A stretch of DNA of 64,000 nucleotides from Polyangiaceae bacterium (GTDB lineage Bacteria > Myxococcota_A > Polyangia > Polyangiales > Polyangiaceae): assembly GCA_044376115.1 (NCBI GenBank), contig JBILLK010000017.1, forward strand, positions 154,501 to 218,500, in the 5' to 3' direction. The notes under the pieces are model-generated. The model was not told where the DNA came from. It did not search any database and saw only the letters and a program-made list of their open reading frames with translations. This document shows positions 30,343 through 40,853 of this stretch, piece after piece. The translations under genes were made by a program, and so were the position numbers. Within the stretch, counting starts at the first letter, position 1. Each line of letters starts with the position of its first letter.

Positions 30343-30346
30343 TAGG

Positions 30347-30703
30347 CTACTGGCATACCCCACGTACGGCACCGGAGCAGGTAAGCCCCTTGGGGCACGG
30401 CGGGAAGCGCGACCCGCACACGATCACGGGGCCTGCTGAAGCCGAAGGCGAAGGCTTGGCTGTCGCCGACGGAACTGGGTTGGAGCTGGCGACCGGGGAA
30501 GCGGACGCGCTGCTGCTTGGCGATGCGGAGCTGGGATTAGGCTCAGCCGTGGGAGGGCTCGTTGGTTCTGCAGTTGGCACACTGGCGGCAGCGCTAACGG
30601 GCGGCTTGGCCGTCGCCGATTGATCGTCGGGAGCAACCGCGTGGGTCGGCTCCTGACAGCCGAGCGCAAGCACACAATACGTAACGAGCATCGCCATTCG
30701 CAT
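30347..30703 (-). CDS. Small lipoprotein with Pro/Ser/Ala stalk and C-terminal 4-Cys module
   Basis: LALGC lipobox; ends CGSRFPPCPKGLTCSGAVRGVCQ. Confidence 0.65.
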   Translation of the reverse strand: MRMAMLVTYCVLALGCQEPTHAVAPDDQSATAKPPVSAAASVPTAEPTSPPTAEPNPSSASPSSSASASPVASSNPVPSATAKPSPSASAGPVIVCGSRFPPCPKGLTCSGAVRGVCQ

Positions 30704-30859
30704 GCAGCGTTCTTACGCCACCGGTGCCCAAGTCCGAAACCGAGAACGACGTTCGTCGTAAAGACAGACTTCTTTCGCTTCGCGTCAACGCGTCAAGACT
30801 GCTCAAGAAAGCTCCAACGTCCATCGCGCGGAATGCGCAGCTAGGGTATGAGGTTGAGT

Positions 30860-32740
30860 ATGCGCTGTACTTCCGTCGTAGGCACAATCGGCCTCGCGCT
30901 TCTGGGAAGCGTGGGTTGCGGGGATGATTCGGGAACCGGTGGCACCGGTGGAACAGGAGGTGGGCCGGCCGCTGGGCCTACGATTGATATCGTTGTAGAT
31001 GCCGATCGCAACGGCGTCGCAGACGCTGCCTCCGAGGCAGATCAGGCCGGCGAGATGGAGTACCAGGGCAACGTTGGTGCGCTGTTCCTGCCCAACCTCG
31101 ATGACGATGATGCGGATGGGTACCGGGATTCGGACGACGTCACGGTCGCGACCAACGGGGATGAGCTCGATCTAGCAACGTTCAAACTCGCGGCCTGCGA
31201 AGAATGCCCCAAAGGCTCCACAGGCACCCTCACGATCGACGCAGAGTCGGCGAAGAACGTGCGTATCTTCGCTTTTGATCCCGACGCAAAGACGTGGTCG
31301 TTGGTCGCTGGGGAGACCAACTGGTGCATGAATGAAGCGCCAGAATGCACTCCGGTCGCGACGTGGGCCGTCAGCGCCACCAACGTGAAGGCTGGAGTTA
31401 CCCTGGCGATCGAGGCTCGCGACGTCGTGCGCAGCACCGAATCCGGCTGGATCGGCGTCGTGGATCTTAAGTACTCGGTGGTCGACGCGGACGGTAATCC
31501 CGTCACCTCCGATGGCAGCCCCAAAGGCGAGGACACAGCGCGCATGCGCGTTGCGCCGTGGGTTCTATTCGGCAACCTCTCACCGTTTGACCGGGTGTGG
31601 TCCTCCGATGATTCGAGCGAGTTCGTCGAAGGAGTGGCCGCCGGTGCGGAGGCAGCAGGCGTTGCCTATGACCCCTACGGGAACTATGGGGACCAGTGGA
31701 CGCAGGACTTCTTCCAAACCGGCTACTGGGCAATGCCGCGGGCCGGCGAGAACGGGGAGGTCGTAGCGCAAGGGATGGCGGTCGGAAACGCACGCCCCTG
31801 GGGGCGCAACAACTCCGATAACCAACTTCCCATCCGCTGGCTGATGAAGAACTACCTAGGGCCGGACAAGGCGGTGCTTCAGGTCTACAAGACGGATCAC
31901 ACGGGGGACTCGTATGACTCCCACGGCAATCACGACTTGATACCGCCTTATGAGAACGGCAGTGAGTCCTTCCCACTGGGGCGGATCTTGATCGGCTCGG
32001 GCGTGTTGAAGGAGACGCGCACCTTCTACAACGCGCAAGGCGCACAAGCCCCCTATTACACCGCTGACACGAGCTGGCTATTGGTGGGTCACGTGGACGA
32101 GTATCTGAGCTACGCGCCAGCAAGCACCGAGCGTGGCTGGAAGTTGCTCGTCGGCTCGCCGCGGCTCGCACGCGAAATGCTCGAAGACGCGCAGGCGGCC
32201 GGCAACGGAGACGCCGTAATGCACGAAGGTAAAGAGTGGTACGACTTCAACACCGGTGGTGAATATCCCGCAGATATCACCATTGATGAGGTGCTGGCGG
32301 ATACCGAGCTGATGGCTGGTTCGCAGAGCGCCCAAGCGGCCATTGATGATGAGGTCGGGAAGCTTCAGGAGGCCATTGGCTTGGCTGATGACGAGATCAT
32401 CGAGATTCCCTTCCTAGTCGGGGCTCAGAACTTTGGCGGCACCAAAGTCCACATCGCCTATCAGCCAGGAACCGTGAACATGTTGGTCATGGGCGACGTA
32501 GCGGTCATTCCGAAGCCGTTCGGTCCCAAGATCAACGGTGAAGACATCTTCGAGGCAGACCTACAAGAGAGCATGGGAAGCGGAGTGAACAAGCTAGGCA
32601 AAGACGGAAACGGGATGACCCTCGTCTTTGCGGATGATTGGGACTTTTATCACCGCCTCGACGGTGAAGTTCACTGTGGCACCAACCCGGAGGCCTCTGC
32701 CCCCTTCACGAGCCTCAACTGGTGGGAGACGGATCGATGA
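30860..32740 (+). CDS. Protein-arginine deiminase (PAD) family lipoprotein
   Basis: DQWTQD, DSHGN, WLLVGHVDE, YHRLDGEVHCGTN catalytic motifs; NLDDDDADGYRDSDD Ca-binding-like loop; lipobox SVGC. Confidence 0.9.
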   Translation: MRCTSVVGTIGLALLGSVGCGDDSGTGGTGGTGGGPAAGPTIDIVVDADRNGVADAASEADQAGEMEYQGNVGALFLPNLDDDDADGYRDSDDVTVATNGDELDLATFKLAACEECPKGSTGTLTIDAESAKNVRIFAFDPDAKTWSLVAGETNWCMNEAPECTPVATWAVSATNVKAGVTLAIEARDVVRSTESGWIGVVDLKYSVVDADGNPVTSDGSPKGEDTARMRVAPWVLFGNLSPFDRVWSSDDSSEFVEGVAAGAEAAGVAYDPYGNYGDQWTQDFFQTGYWAMPRAGENGEVVAQGMAVGNARPWGRNNSDNQLPIRWLMKNYLGPDKAVLQVYKTDHTGDSYDSHGNHDLIPPYENGSESFPLGRILIGSGVLKETRTFYNAQGAQAPYYTADTSWLLVGHVDEYLSYAPASTERGWKLLVGSPRLAREMLEDAQAAGNGDAVMHEGKEWYDFNTGGEYPADITIDEVLADTELMAGSQSAQAAIDDEVGKLQEAIGLADDEIIEIPFLVGAQNFGGTKVHIAYQPGTVNMLVMGDVAVIPKPFGPKINGEDIFEADLQESMGSGVNKLGKDGNGMTLVFADDWDFYHRLDGEVHCGTNPEASAPFTSLNWWETDR

Positions 32741-33678
32741 AAACGGCTATTCGCGCATTCACCCTCGGGCTTTTGCTTTCAACGGCTGCCTTCGCTGGAG
32801 AGGCCCGCGCAGACGGCCTCGCCGCCAAGACCTCCGCGCTCAGCCCAGCGGCCCGAAGCTCGCTTCAGGCCGAGATCGAGTCGGCAAAGACTTCGTTCAG
32901 CACAGTCCGCGCCAAGGTGCGAGACGTGCAGAGCGTCAAGCCCGAGGTCTACAAGCAACGCAGAAACCCGGTGCCTGAGGCTGGGCGTGAACTGCAGGGG
33001 CTCGGCAAAGACGCGCTCATTCCCATGCTGGAGGCGCTCGCGTTTGATGCCTCTCAGCCGGGCCTGACGCAGGTGGAGGCGGAGGCTTTGACAGTCGGCA
33101 TGCTCTCGGCCGTCGGCAAACTGCGGGATTCGCGGAGCGCGCCGGTGTTGCGGGCTGTGTTTGAGGCGCAGACCTCGTCAACTCCGATCGCCTTTGCCGC
33201 GGCGGACGCCTTGGGCAAGCTCTGTGGAACCACCGAGCGAGCATTGCTAACCGACCAACTCAAAGACGGTAACTCGCTTCGGCTCGCCGCCGTCGCGGGG
33301 CTCGGGGAGTGTCGCCATAAGGCGGTCGTCAGCACGCTCGCCCCGCTGACCACTAGCGGCGAGTCACCCTTGCGCATTGAAGCGGTCAAAGCGCTCGGCA
33401 GCCTGGGCTCGAGTTGGGCCTGGGCGACGCTCGGCAAAGAGCGCGCGGCCGAAGCCCTCGCCATCCGCAACGCAGCAGCAGCAGCAGTGGTCGATGCGTT
33501 CGTTCGCAATGAAGACGTACGCACCGCCGCGAAACGCGCGCTGACGCAAATCGAGAGCCCACAAGCGCTCGATCTCGTGCGCACCGCGAAGGCCAATGCA
33601 ACCGACGCGGGAACCATCAAAGCGTTGGCCGGACTCGAGAAGAACCTGGAGAAGCTCGCTAAGCGATCGAAGCGCTAA
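32737..33678 (+). CDS. Secreted HEAT-repeat protein
   Basis: Signal peptide ending ARA; repeats AAADALGKL, AAVAGLGEC, EAVKALGSL; ATGA overlap with the PAD stop. Confidence 0.8.
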   Translation: MKTAIRAFTLGLLLSTAAFAGEARADGLAAKTSALSPAARSSLQAEIESAKTSFSTVRAKVRDVQSVKPEVYKQRRNPVPEAGRELQGLGKDALIPMLEALAFDASQPGLTQVEAEALTVGMLSAVGKLRDSRSAPVLRAVFEAQTSSTPIAFAAADALGKLCGTTERALLTDQLKDGNSLRLAAVAGLGECRHKAVVSTLAPLTTSGESPLRIEAVKALGSLGSSWAWATLGKERAAEALAIRNAAAAAVVDAFVRNEDVRTAAKRALTQIESPQALDLVRTAKANATDAGTIKALAGLEKNLEKLAKRSKR

Positions 33679-33743
33679 CGTTCAATCATCCAATCCTCAG
33701 CGGGCAGGCCCAGCGCTTGCCCGCTGCCGTTTTGTCTGCTGAA

Positions 33744-35081
33744 TTAGTGCGCCCTGCGCGTGACGCACGAACGGAGACCATGCTTCGGTCGCAGGGTGAC
33801 CGTTGGGTCCGGGACGGGCGTGTGCAAGACCTCGACGCGAAAGGACTGCGCCAACGTAGCGAGCAAAAGCACGGCCTCCATCTGAGCGAAGGCTTGCCCG
33901 ATGCAGAGCCTAGGCCCACCGCCAAATGGGAAGTAGGCATAGCGCGGTAGTGACTTCTGCAGGTCCCCAGCCCACCGCTCCGGCATGAAGCGCTCAGGCT
34001 CTTCGAAGAAGCGTGGGTCGCGCTGAATGACCCACGGACAGAACCAGACCTGACTTCCGCGTGGGATGCGGAACCCACCTAATTCAATGTCTTCACAGGC
34101 CTCACGCCCCGTCGACCAGGCGGGAGGAAAGACCCTTAGCGACTCCGCAATGACGTTCGCGGTGTACTTGAGCTTGGGTACGTCAGCCAACGTGGGCCGG
34201 CGATTACCCAGCACCTCGGCGAGCTCCTTCGCCAGTTCGCCATCGACCTCGGGATTGACGGTTAGCAGATGCCACGTCCACGAAAGCGCCAGCGCCGTGG
34301 TCTCGTGTCCGGCGAGGAACAGCGTCATGCACTCATCCCGAAGCTGCTTATCCGACATCGAGCTGCCATCCTCATCGACGGCCTGAAGCAACATCGACAG
34401 CAGGTCTTTCGAGTCGGTCTCGGACTTGTTCTTCCGTTTGCGCTCAATGACGCCGTAAATGACCGCGTCGAGCTTGGCCACAGCGGCGTCGAACTTGCGT
34501 GTTGCCGGTGTCGGCAGACCACGTAGGAACGGGAGCAATAGGTAGGTTGGATCGACCGTAACGTTTAGGACGGTCTCGAGCGCCTCGCCAACGTCGTCCG
34601 CGTGTTCGCCAACGTCCGCACCGAATAGCGTCTTGGCGACGATGTCCAAGGTCAAATGCATCATGTCGCGATGCACGTCGCGGGTCTCACCATCGCGCCA
34701 GCGAGCAGCCAACGCTAATGCATAATCAACCATGATGTCGGCGTAGCTTGCAATTCGATCGCGGTGGAATGCGGGCTGAGCCAAGCGGCGCTGACGACGC
34801 CAAAAGTCGCCCTCACTCGAGAGCAGCCCGTCCCCCAAGACCGGCCGCAGCGTTTGCAGGAACTGATCTTTCTTCCAGCGCCTATTGTGAGTGACCAGGA
34901 TCTCCTCGACCAGGGATGGGTGACTCACGAGCACCGCCTCGAGCGGGCCCAGTGTCACCCGCGCGACGTCTCCGTAGCGATCCCGCGTTGCGCAGAGAAA
35001 GCCGATTGGATCGCGCATGTATGCGGGAAGATTGCCGACGAGCGGCCAGCGCTCGGCCATGGGGGGAAGGGGGAGGACCAC
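33744..35081 (-). CDS. Cytochrome P450
   Basis: AGHETT, ESLR, PERF, FPFGGGPRLCIG heme motif. Confidence 0.97.
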   Translation of the reverse strand: MVLPLPPMAERWPLVGNLPAYMRDPIGFLCATRDRYGDVARVTLGPLEAVLVSHPSLVEEILVTHNRRWKKDQFLQTLRPVLGDGLLSSEGDFWRRQRRLAQPAFHRDRIASYADIMVDYALALAARWRDGETRDVHRDMMHLTLDIVAKTLFGADVGEHADDVGEALETVLNVTVDPTYLLLPFLRGLPTPATRKFDAAVAKLDAVIYGVIERKRKNKSETDSKDLLSMLLQAVDEDGSSMSDKQLRDECMTLFLAGHETTALALSWTWHLLTVNPEVDGELAKELAEVLGNRRPTLADVPKLKYTANVIAESLRVFPPAWSTGREACEDIELGGFRIPRGSQVWFCPWVIQRDPRFFEEPERFMPERWAGDLQKSLPRYAYFPFGGGPRLCIGQAFAQMEAVLLLATLAQSFRVEVLHTPVPDPTVTLRPKHGLRSCVTRRAH

Positions 35082-35206
35082 GAGGCCACCGTAGCAGCAG
35101 TCTTGCCCCGGCGGCTCGCTTCACCGAGCCCTTCAAAGACCACGGTCACGGCGCTGACCCTGCCAACAGCTTAAGGCCGGCGCCTCGCGAGCCGCTCACC
35201 CAAAGG

Positions 35207-36361
35207 ATGCATTCGTCTGCCCCAAGCCCGGTACTAGCTCCACGCATGCTTCGCGTGGACCCCGACAAACAGACGAAGACAGAGATCGTCGCCGTGAGGC
35301 CCGAGGAACTTGGTGTAGGGAAGATCGCACGCCCGCGAATTGCTCCCATCCCGCGCGTCGATCCAGCCGAGGAGGAGGTGCGCGACCGCTCCTCCTGGCC
35401 GCTGGTGAGCGGAGGCGATGACGACGACGATGACGTGCCAACGGCGATGAGGGATTGGAACGCCGACTCGCACCCGCCCGTGGTCGCCCCAATGCTTCGG
35501 GCGACCCTGATCCGTTTGGACGCCACTTCGGCGGGCCAGACTTTGGTGCTACCGGATACTCCGCTGCGTCTAGGACGCGGCCGCGACGTCGAGGTACGCG
35601 TCGACGATGAAGGCGTCAGTCGATTGCACGCTACGATCTGGCGAACCCCCGACGGATATGAGGTTACCGACCATCAGAGCCGCAACGGAACGGTGGTCAA
35701 CGGGCGGTTGATCAGCCGCAGCCATCTGCGCGACGGGGATGTCGTTCAGCTCGGCCCGCGCGTCTCCTTCCGCTTCTGCCTGATGGACGCTCGACAGGTC
35801 GACGTCATGAAACAGCTATTCGAGACCAGCGTTCGCGACGGTCTGACTGGCGCTTTTAATCGTCAACACCTGCAAGACCGTCTGCGTGGTGAGGTGGCCT
35901 ACGCTGTGAGGCACCGCTCGGAGCTCGGCTTGCTCCTGCTCGACGTTGATCATTTCAAGCGGGTCAATGACACCTTTGGACACCCGGCGGGGGACTCCGT
36001 TTTGCGGTTTGTCGCGGGCATCATTTCTAGTCGGCTTCGCACCGAGGATCTGTTCGCGCGCTACGGCGGAGAAGAGTTTGTCGCAGTCCTTCGAGGCATC
36101 GACCTGGCCGGTACGGCGCGGGCCGGAGAACGATTACGAGCCGTGCTCGCCGCGAACTGCCCAAGTCACGAGGGTCAGCTGATCCCGGTGACGGTGAGCA
36201 TTGGTGCGGCCTCGCTTTCAACCTCGCCCGACACGAGCGTGGACGGCCTGATCGCGCAGGCGGACAGGCGGCTCTATCTGGCCAAGAACCTGGGCCGCAA
36301 TCGCGTCATTGCCACCGACGATGGTGCGCCGCTGAACGCTGTCCGAGCTGACGCTCGCTAG
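35207..36361 (+). CDS. FHA-domain diguanylate cyclase
   Basis: FHA (LGRG, VSRLHA, SRNGTVVNG) + GGDEF domain (DVDHFKRVNDTFGH, RTED I-site, RYGGEEF); start uncertain. Confidence 0.92.
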   Translation: MHSSAPSPVLAPRMLRVDPDKQTKTEIVAVRPEELGVGKIARPRIAPIPRVDPAEEEVRDRSSWPLVSGGDDDDDDVPTAMRDWNADSHPPVVAPMLRATLIRLDATSAGQTLVLPDTPLRLGRGRDVEVRVDDEGVSRLHATIWRTPDGYEVTDHQSRNGTVVNGRLISRSHLRDGDVVQLGPRVSFRFCLMDARQVDVMKQLFETSVRDGLTGAFNRQHLQDRLRGEVAYAVRHRSELGLLLLDVDHFKRVNDTFGHPAGDSVLRFVAGIISSRLRTEDLFARYGGEEFVAVLRGIDLAGTARAGERLRAVLAANCPSHEGQLIPVTVSIGAASLSTSPDTSVDGLIAQADRRLYLAKNLGRNRVIATDDGAPLNAVRADAR

Positions 36362-36410
36362 CAGCGTCATTCGAGCATCCGCCTTCGGCGGAGTGGTCTA
36401 TACAGGACGC

Positions 36411-37379
36411 ATGCGAGAGACCTTCGTCCCCCACACGGCGGCTGATGGAACCCGGTTGCACGTCGTTCGCTGGGAACCGGCTGAGCCCAAGAGTGTGCGC
36501 GCGGTAATGCACATTGCGCACGGTATGGCGGAGCATTGCGGCCGCTATCAACGGCTGGCCGAGGCCTTGACCCAAGCTGGCTTCGTCGTGTTTGCCAACG
36601 ATCACCGCGGGCATGGCAAGACGGCACAACCTTCGGCCGACGCCAACTCCAGCGAGTTGGGTCACTTGGCCGATGAGGGCGGCTGGGGAGCGGCGCTGGG
36701 AGACCTGCGGGCGTTGGTGCGTAAGGAGCAGGCCGTGTACCCCGGCCTACCGTTCGTATTGTTTGGCCACAGCATGGGCTCCTTCATGGTTCAGGAGCTG
36801 CTCTTCGATCTCTCGGACGTGCTAGCAGCAGCCGTACTCTCCGGCTCCAACGGCAAGCCCACGCCGATCGCCGCAGCTGGGCGCTTGGTCGCTCGCGCGG
36901 AGAAGCTCCGGCTCGGGGCACGCGGTCACAGCAAGTTGCTGATCGGTCTCTCGTTTGACACCTTCAACAAGGCGTTCGCCCCCAATCGCACCGCGTTTGA
37001 CTGGCTATCACGCGATGAAGCCGAGGTAGACGCTTACGTGGCCGATCCGCATTGTGGGTTCCCGTGCTCCACCGCGACGTGGATCGAGGTATTGGACGCT
37101 TTGGGCCGCATCGCAACCCCCGATCTCCAAAGGCGCATTCGCAAAGACTTACCCATCTATGTTTTCTCCGGCGCGCGCGACGCAGCCAACGGCAATACTC
37201 AAGGGCTGGTTCAGCTGCTGGGCGCTTATCAGCGCGCAGGGCTCCGTGAGGTGAGTCATCGTTTTTACGAGGGGGCTAGGCACGAGGTCCTCAACGAGAC
37301 GAACCGCGACGAAGTGACGCGGGATCTTCTCTCCTTCCTCGATCGGAAAGTCCTATGCGACGCCCGCTCAACTTCCTGA
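36411..37379 (+). CDS. Alpha/beta hydrolase (lysophospholipase family)
   Basis: HGMAEH, DHRGHG, GHSMG nucleophile, RHEVLNE. Confidence 0.92.
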   Translation: MRETFVPHTAADGTRLHVVRWEPAEPKSVRAVMHIAHGMAEHCGRYQRLAEALTQAGFVVFANDHRGHGKTAQPSADANSSELGHLADEGGWGAALGDLRALVRKEQAVYPGLPFVLFGHSMGSFMVQELLFDLSDVLAAAVLSGSNGKPTPIAAAGRLVARAEKLRLGARGHSKLLIGLSFDTFNKAFAPNRTAFDWLSRDEAEVDAYVADPHCGFPCSTATWIEVLDALGRIATPDLQRRIRKDLPIYVFSGARDAANGNTQGLVQLLGAYQRAGLREVSHRFYEGARHEVLNETNRDEVTRDLLSFLDRKVLCDARSTS

Positions 37380-38011
37380 GCGTTCGCGATCTTGCTCGCG
37401 TAACCGAGAGCACGATTGCTCATTACAACGAGTCGACGCATGCGTTCTGGAAGGGCACCAAGGACCACGATGTAAGCCAAAACATCGAGGCGTTCCTCAG
37501 CCACATCGAGGGGACTCCGCCGTTTAAGGTATTGGACCTCGGCTGCGGCCCGGGCCGTGATTTGCTCGCCTTTCGAGCCGCGGGGCACGACGCGACCGGG
37601 CTCGATGGCGCTGAGAACTTCGTCAAGATGGCGCGCCAACGTTCGGGCTGCAAGGTCCTCCACCAGAACCTGTTGCAGCTCGAGTTAGCGCAAGAGAGCT
37701 TCGACGGCATCTACGCAAACGCGACATTGTTCCACGTTCCGACGCAGGAACTCCCTCGCGTTTTGCTCGCCCTACGGGGCGCACTGAAGCCGCGCGGGGT
37801 GCTATTCGCGTCAAACCCGCGTGGGCCCGACATCGAGGGCGCGCAGAACGACGACCGCTATGGGGCTTATCTGAGGCTCGAGACGTGGGACGGCTACCTT
37901 GAAGACGCTGGCTTCGAGCAGCTCGAACACTTTTATCGGCCGGCCGGGCGACCACTCGTGCAACAGCCGTGGCTGGCAACCGTATATCGCCGCGCCGCCG
38001 CAAAGAAGTAA
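37355..38011 (+). CDS. Class I SAM-dependent methyltransferase
   Basis: VLDLGCGPGRD, FDGIYANATLFH, LKPRG. Confidence 0.92.
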   Translation: MRRPLNFLSVRDLARVTESTIAHYNESTHAFWKGTKDHDVSQNIEAFLSHIEGTPPFKVLDLGCGPGRDLLAFRAAGHDATGLDGAENFVKMARQRSGCKVLHQNLLQLELAQESFDGIYANATLFHVPTQELPRVLLALRGALKPRGVLFASNPRGPDIEGAQNDDRYGAYLRLETWDGYLEDAGFEQLEHFYRPAGRPLVQQPWLATVYRRAAAKK

Positions 38012-38059
38012 TCGCCCCGCCGCCGGGCGAGCGATGAAACCGCTCACCTCCGGAGAGCC

Positions 38060-38803
38060 TCAAGACGCGAGCAAGGTTGGTGTTTGCGCAGTTGAGAGGG
38101 CTTGTTTGCTGCGTCCCTGTTCCGTAGAAAACGCCTTCCACGACTGAGCGATCTCGTCGAAGTGGACGCCCTTGCGCTGAAAGGTTCCCTTCGTCAAATC
38201 GAGGATGGTCGAGGCCAACTTGTCGCCGCTCGTGAAGTGCGCAGGTCCATAGTCGAGCTCGAGGTCCACCCCCGAACGCATCGAACTCGGCACGTCTTCC
38301 AACCGGTAGTTGTTGCCGGTCCCCGCGAGATTCGCGCTCGAGCCGACGACCAGCTGACCTTGGGACCGCGCCATACTCGCGACCTTGGAGATCAACGCGC
38401 CTACACCGAAGAAGGTCGCAATGGTGTCCACCTTCGTGCATTGAGCCGCGACAAACGGCTCGAAGCTCGCAAGCAAGTGGGACTCGCGGCGCAAAGCTGC
38501 AATCACCGCTAGCGGCCAGGCAGCTGTAGCAACCGCGAGCCAAGCCCGCGTGGCAGGATCGATACCGGTCGTGACTTGATCCAGGATTTCCATCGTGCCC
38601 ACGGTCACGCACGGCTTCTCGCTTGGGCGCCCTTTGAGCTCATAAATTCGCTTCACACCCTCGCTGCGCATCGCCACGAGTCCGTACCCGGTTTGAGTCT
38701 GGACGAGGGCAACACCGCCGCGCTGGATCACTTGAAGAACAGACACGGCATCGCGTTCAAGGACTGGCAAGGACATCATTTCGAAAAAACCTCCATCCCC
38801 CAT
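38060..38803 (-). CDS. YrdC/Sua5 family protein (divergent paralog)
   Basis: QTQTGYGL, IYELKGRPSEKP, SSANLAG, STILD. Confidence 0.82.
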   Translation of the reverse strand: MGDGGFFEMMSLPVLERDAVSVLQVIQRGGVALVQTQTGYGLVAMRSEGVKRIYELKGRPSEKPCVTVGTMEILDQVTTGIDPATRAWLAVATAAWPLAVIAALRRESHLLASFEPFVAAQCTKVDTIATFFGVGALISKVASMARSQGQLVVGSSANLAGTGNNYRLEDVPSSMRSGVDLELDYGPAHFTSGDKLASTILDLTKGTFQRKGVHFDEIAQSWKAFSTEQGRSKQALSTAQTPTLLAS

Positions 38804-38922
38804 GGTGAAGGTTCTGCGTGTGCGGCGCTACCCCGCGAGCGTCTGCCAACACGCGAAAGCTACTGATTTGCTGCGAGGTTTTACCCAGAGCCCGTTTTGC
38901 CTTACGCTTCGCAACCCGCGTC

Positions 38923-40821
38923 ATGCAGTCCCTCGATCCTCACGTCCTGGCTTTGCTCTGGGATGCTCTTGCGCGGCACACCAGCGACTTCGTCGGGCTG
39001 ATGGATGAGAGCGGTCGTGCGCTATTCATGAACCGCAGCGTTCGCGGCGCGCCAATCTCTGCAGTGGAGGGCAAGCTGCTCGAGGAGTTTCTGCCTGCTG
39101 AACGTGCAGCAGGTTTGCGGGCCATGATTGCGAAGGTCCGTGAAACCGGCGGGCCTGTCGAAAATGACGCTCTGCGCGTGGTCGCGGTGGACGGTAGCGA
39201 GCATTGGTACATAGAGAAGTGCCTGCCGGTCCAGCACCCTGAAGGTCCGCCGTGTTTTCTGCTGATTCGCACCGAGACCACACCCCTGCGTCGCACCAAA
39301 GACGAGTTGCGCGCCTCGGAACAGCGGTATCGGACCTTGTTCGAATCGAACCCTGACCCGGTCTTGGTCGTAAGTCAGCTCAGCGGCACGATTGTAGCCG
39401 CCAATGGCGCAGCCGCGCGCCTCTACGGTAAACCCGTCGCTGAACTATGCGGTAGCAGTTGGCTCAGCTACTTCACCCTCGGCCACTGCGACCAAGTGCG
39501 GGCTCGCTTCGAGGCCAACCCCGATACCGAGTATCGCGAGGTGCTAACCCAGCTCCGAGCGGACGGTAGCGAGTTCGCCGCTGAGATCGTCGACAACCCG
39601 ATCGAGTTCGAGGGCCAGCGAGCACGGATCGCGGTGATTCGCGACGTGAGCCTGCGAGAGCGGTTTGAGACTCAGCTCAGGCACGCGCAAAAGATGGAAT
39701 CCATCGGGTTGTTCGTCGGGGGCGTTACGCATGACTTCAACAACCTACTAACCATTATATCGAGCTGCGCTGAAGACGGGCGTCAACACTCCGCGCCCAG
39801 CACAATCGCGCATGAGGACTTCGTTAGCATCTTGGAGGCGGCCAGACGTGGAGCTGCGCTCAATCGCAAGCTGATGCTGTTCTCGAAGCAAGACCCGGTT
39901 CACTTCGAGCATTGGGACTTATGCGCTATCGTTGACAGCTTCAGCATCATCCTCAAACGCGCCCTGAGCCCCCATTGCTCGCTCAAGATTGAGCACAGCG
40001 TTCCTTCCTTGCCATTGCGCGCCGACCGTACGCAGCTCGAGCAAGTACTGCTCAATCTGGTGCTTAATGCAAAGCAATCGATAGATGAGGACTCAGACGC
40101 GAACGAGGTGGTCGTCATGACCGGGCGCGTTCGAGTCGACGAGCAATACGTGCAATTGCACCCGTGGGCGAGCACGTTTGGCAGCTTCATCGAGCTCTGC
40201 GTTCGCGACCGCGGCGCAGGCATTCGGCCCGAGCTCCTGCCCCGCATCTTTGAACCTTTCTTTACGACCAAGGAAGCGGGCTCGGGGCTAGGGCTATCGG
40301 TGGTCCATGGGGTTTTGGAGCAGCACGGCGGTAAGCTCGGCGTTGAATCCCAACTAGGCCACGGGACCAGCATTTATGCCCTGCTCCCTATCGCCGATAC
40401 CGTTCCCCAAGAACGGACGCTGGAGCGGGCCAGTATGCCGTCAAGACCATCCGGCGGGCGGCTGCTGCTCGCCGAGGACGAGCCGGTCTTGCTGTCGCTG
40501 GCACGCAGCAGCCTGGAGGCGCTTGGCTACGAGGTCGTTGTGGCGCGCGACGGGGAGGAGGCGTTACGCGCGTTCGAGGAGGCAGCGGCGTCGTTCGACC
40601 TGGTGGTGCTCGACGTTGTGATGCCCAAGCTCGCTGGCCCGGAGGCGCTCAAGCGGATGCGTGCGCTGCAACCGACGATCAAAGCGCTGTTCGTCACAGG
40701 GCACGCTCCCGAGGCGTCACAGTTCTCGGCCGACCTGGCGCAGCCTGGGCTGGATCTCATGAGGAAGCCGTTTACACAGTCGGAGTTGGCGGTGCGAGTG
40801 CAGAAGGCGCTGAAGAACTGA
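38923..40821 (+). CDS. Hybrid sensor kinase (2 PAS-HisKA-HATPase-REC)
   Basis: THDFNNLL H-box, NLVLNA, FEPFFTTK, GSGLGL, receiver LLAEDE...DVVMP. Confidence 0.95.
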   Translation: MQSLDPHVLALLWDALARHTSDFVGLMDESGRALFMNRSVRGAPISAVEGKLLEEFLPAERAAGLRAMIAKVRETGGPVENDALRVVAVDGSEHWYIEKCLPVQHPEGPPCFLLIRTETTPLRRTKDELRASEQRYRTLFESNPDPVLVVSQLSGTIVAANGAAARLYGKPVAELCGSSWLSYFTLGHCDQVRARFEANPDTEYREVLTQLRADGSEFAAEIVDNPIEFEGQRARIAVIRDVSLRERFETQLRHAQKMESIGLFVGGVTHDFNNLLTIISSCAEDGRQHSAPSTIAHEDFVSILEAARRGAALNRKLMLFSKQDPVHFEHWDLCAIVDSFSIILKRALSPHCSLKIEHSVPSLPLRADRTQLEQVLLNLVLNAKQSIDEDSDANEVVVMTGRVRVDEQYVQLHPWASTFGSFIELCVRDRGAGIRPELLPRIFEPFFTTKEAGSGLGLSVVHGVLEQHGGKLGVESQLGHGTSIYALLPIADTVPQERTLERASMPSRPSGGRLLLAEDEPVLLSLARSSLEALGYEVVVARDGEEALRAFEEAAASFDLVVLDVVMPKLAGPEALKRMRALQPTIKALFVTGHAPEASQFSADLAQPGLDLMRKPFTQSELAVRVQKALKN

Positions 40822-40853
40822 CGGGCGGCGCCGCGAAGTTCGACCCTGCGCGC

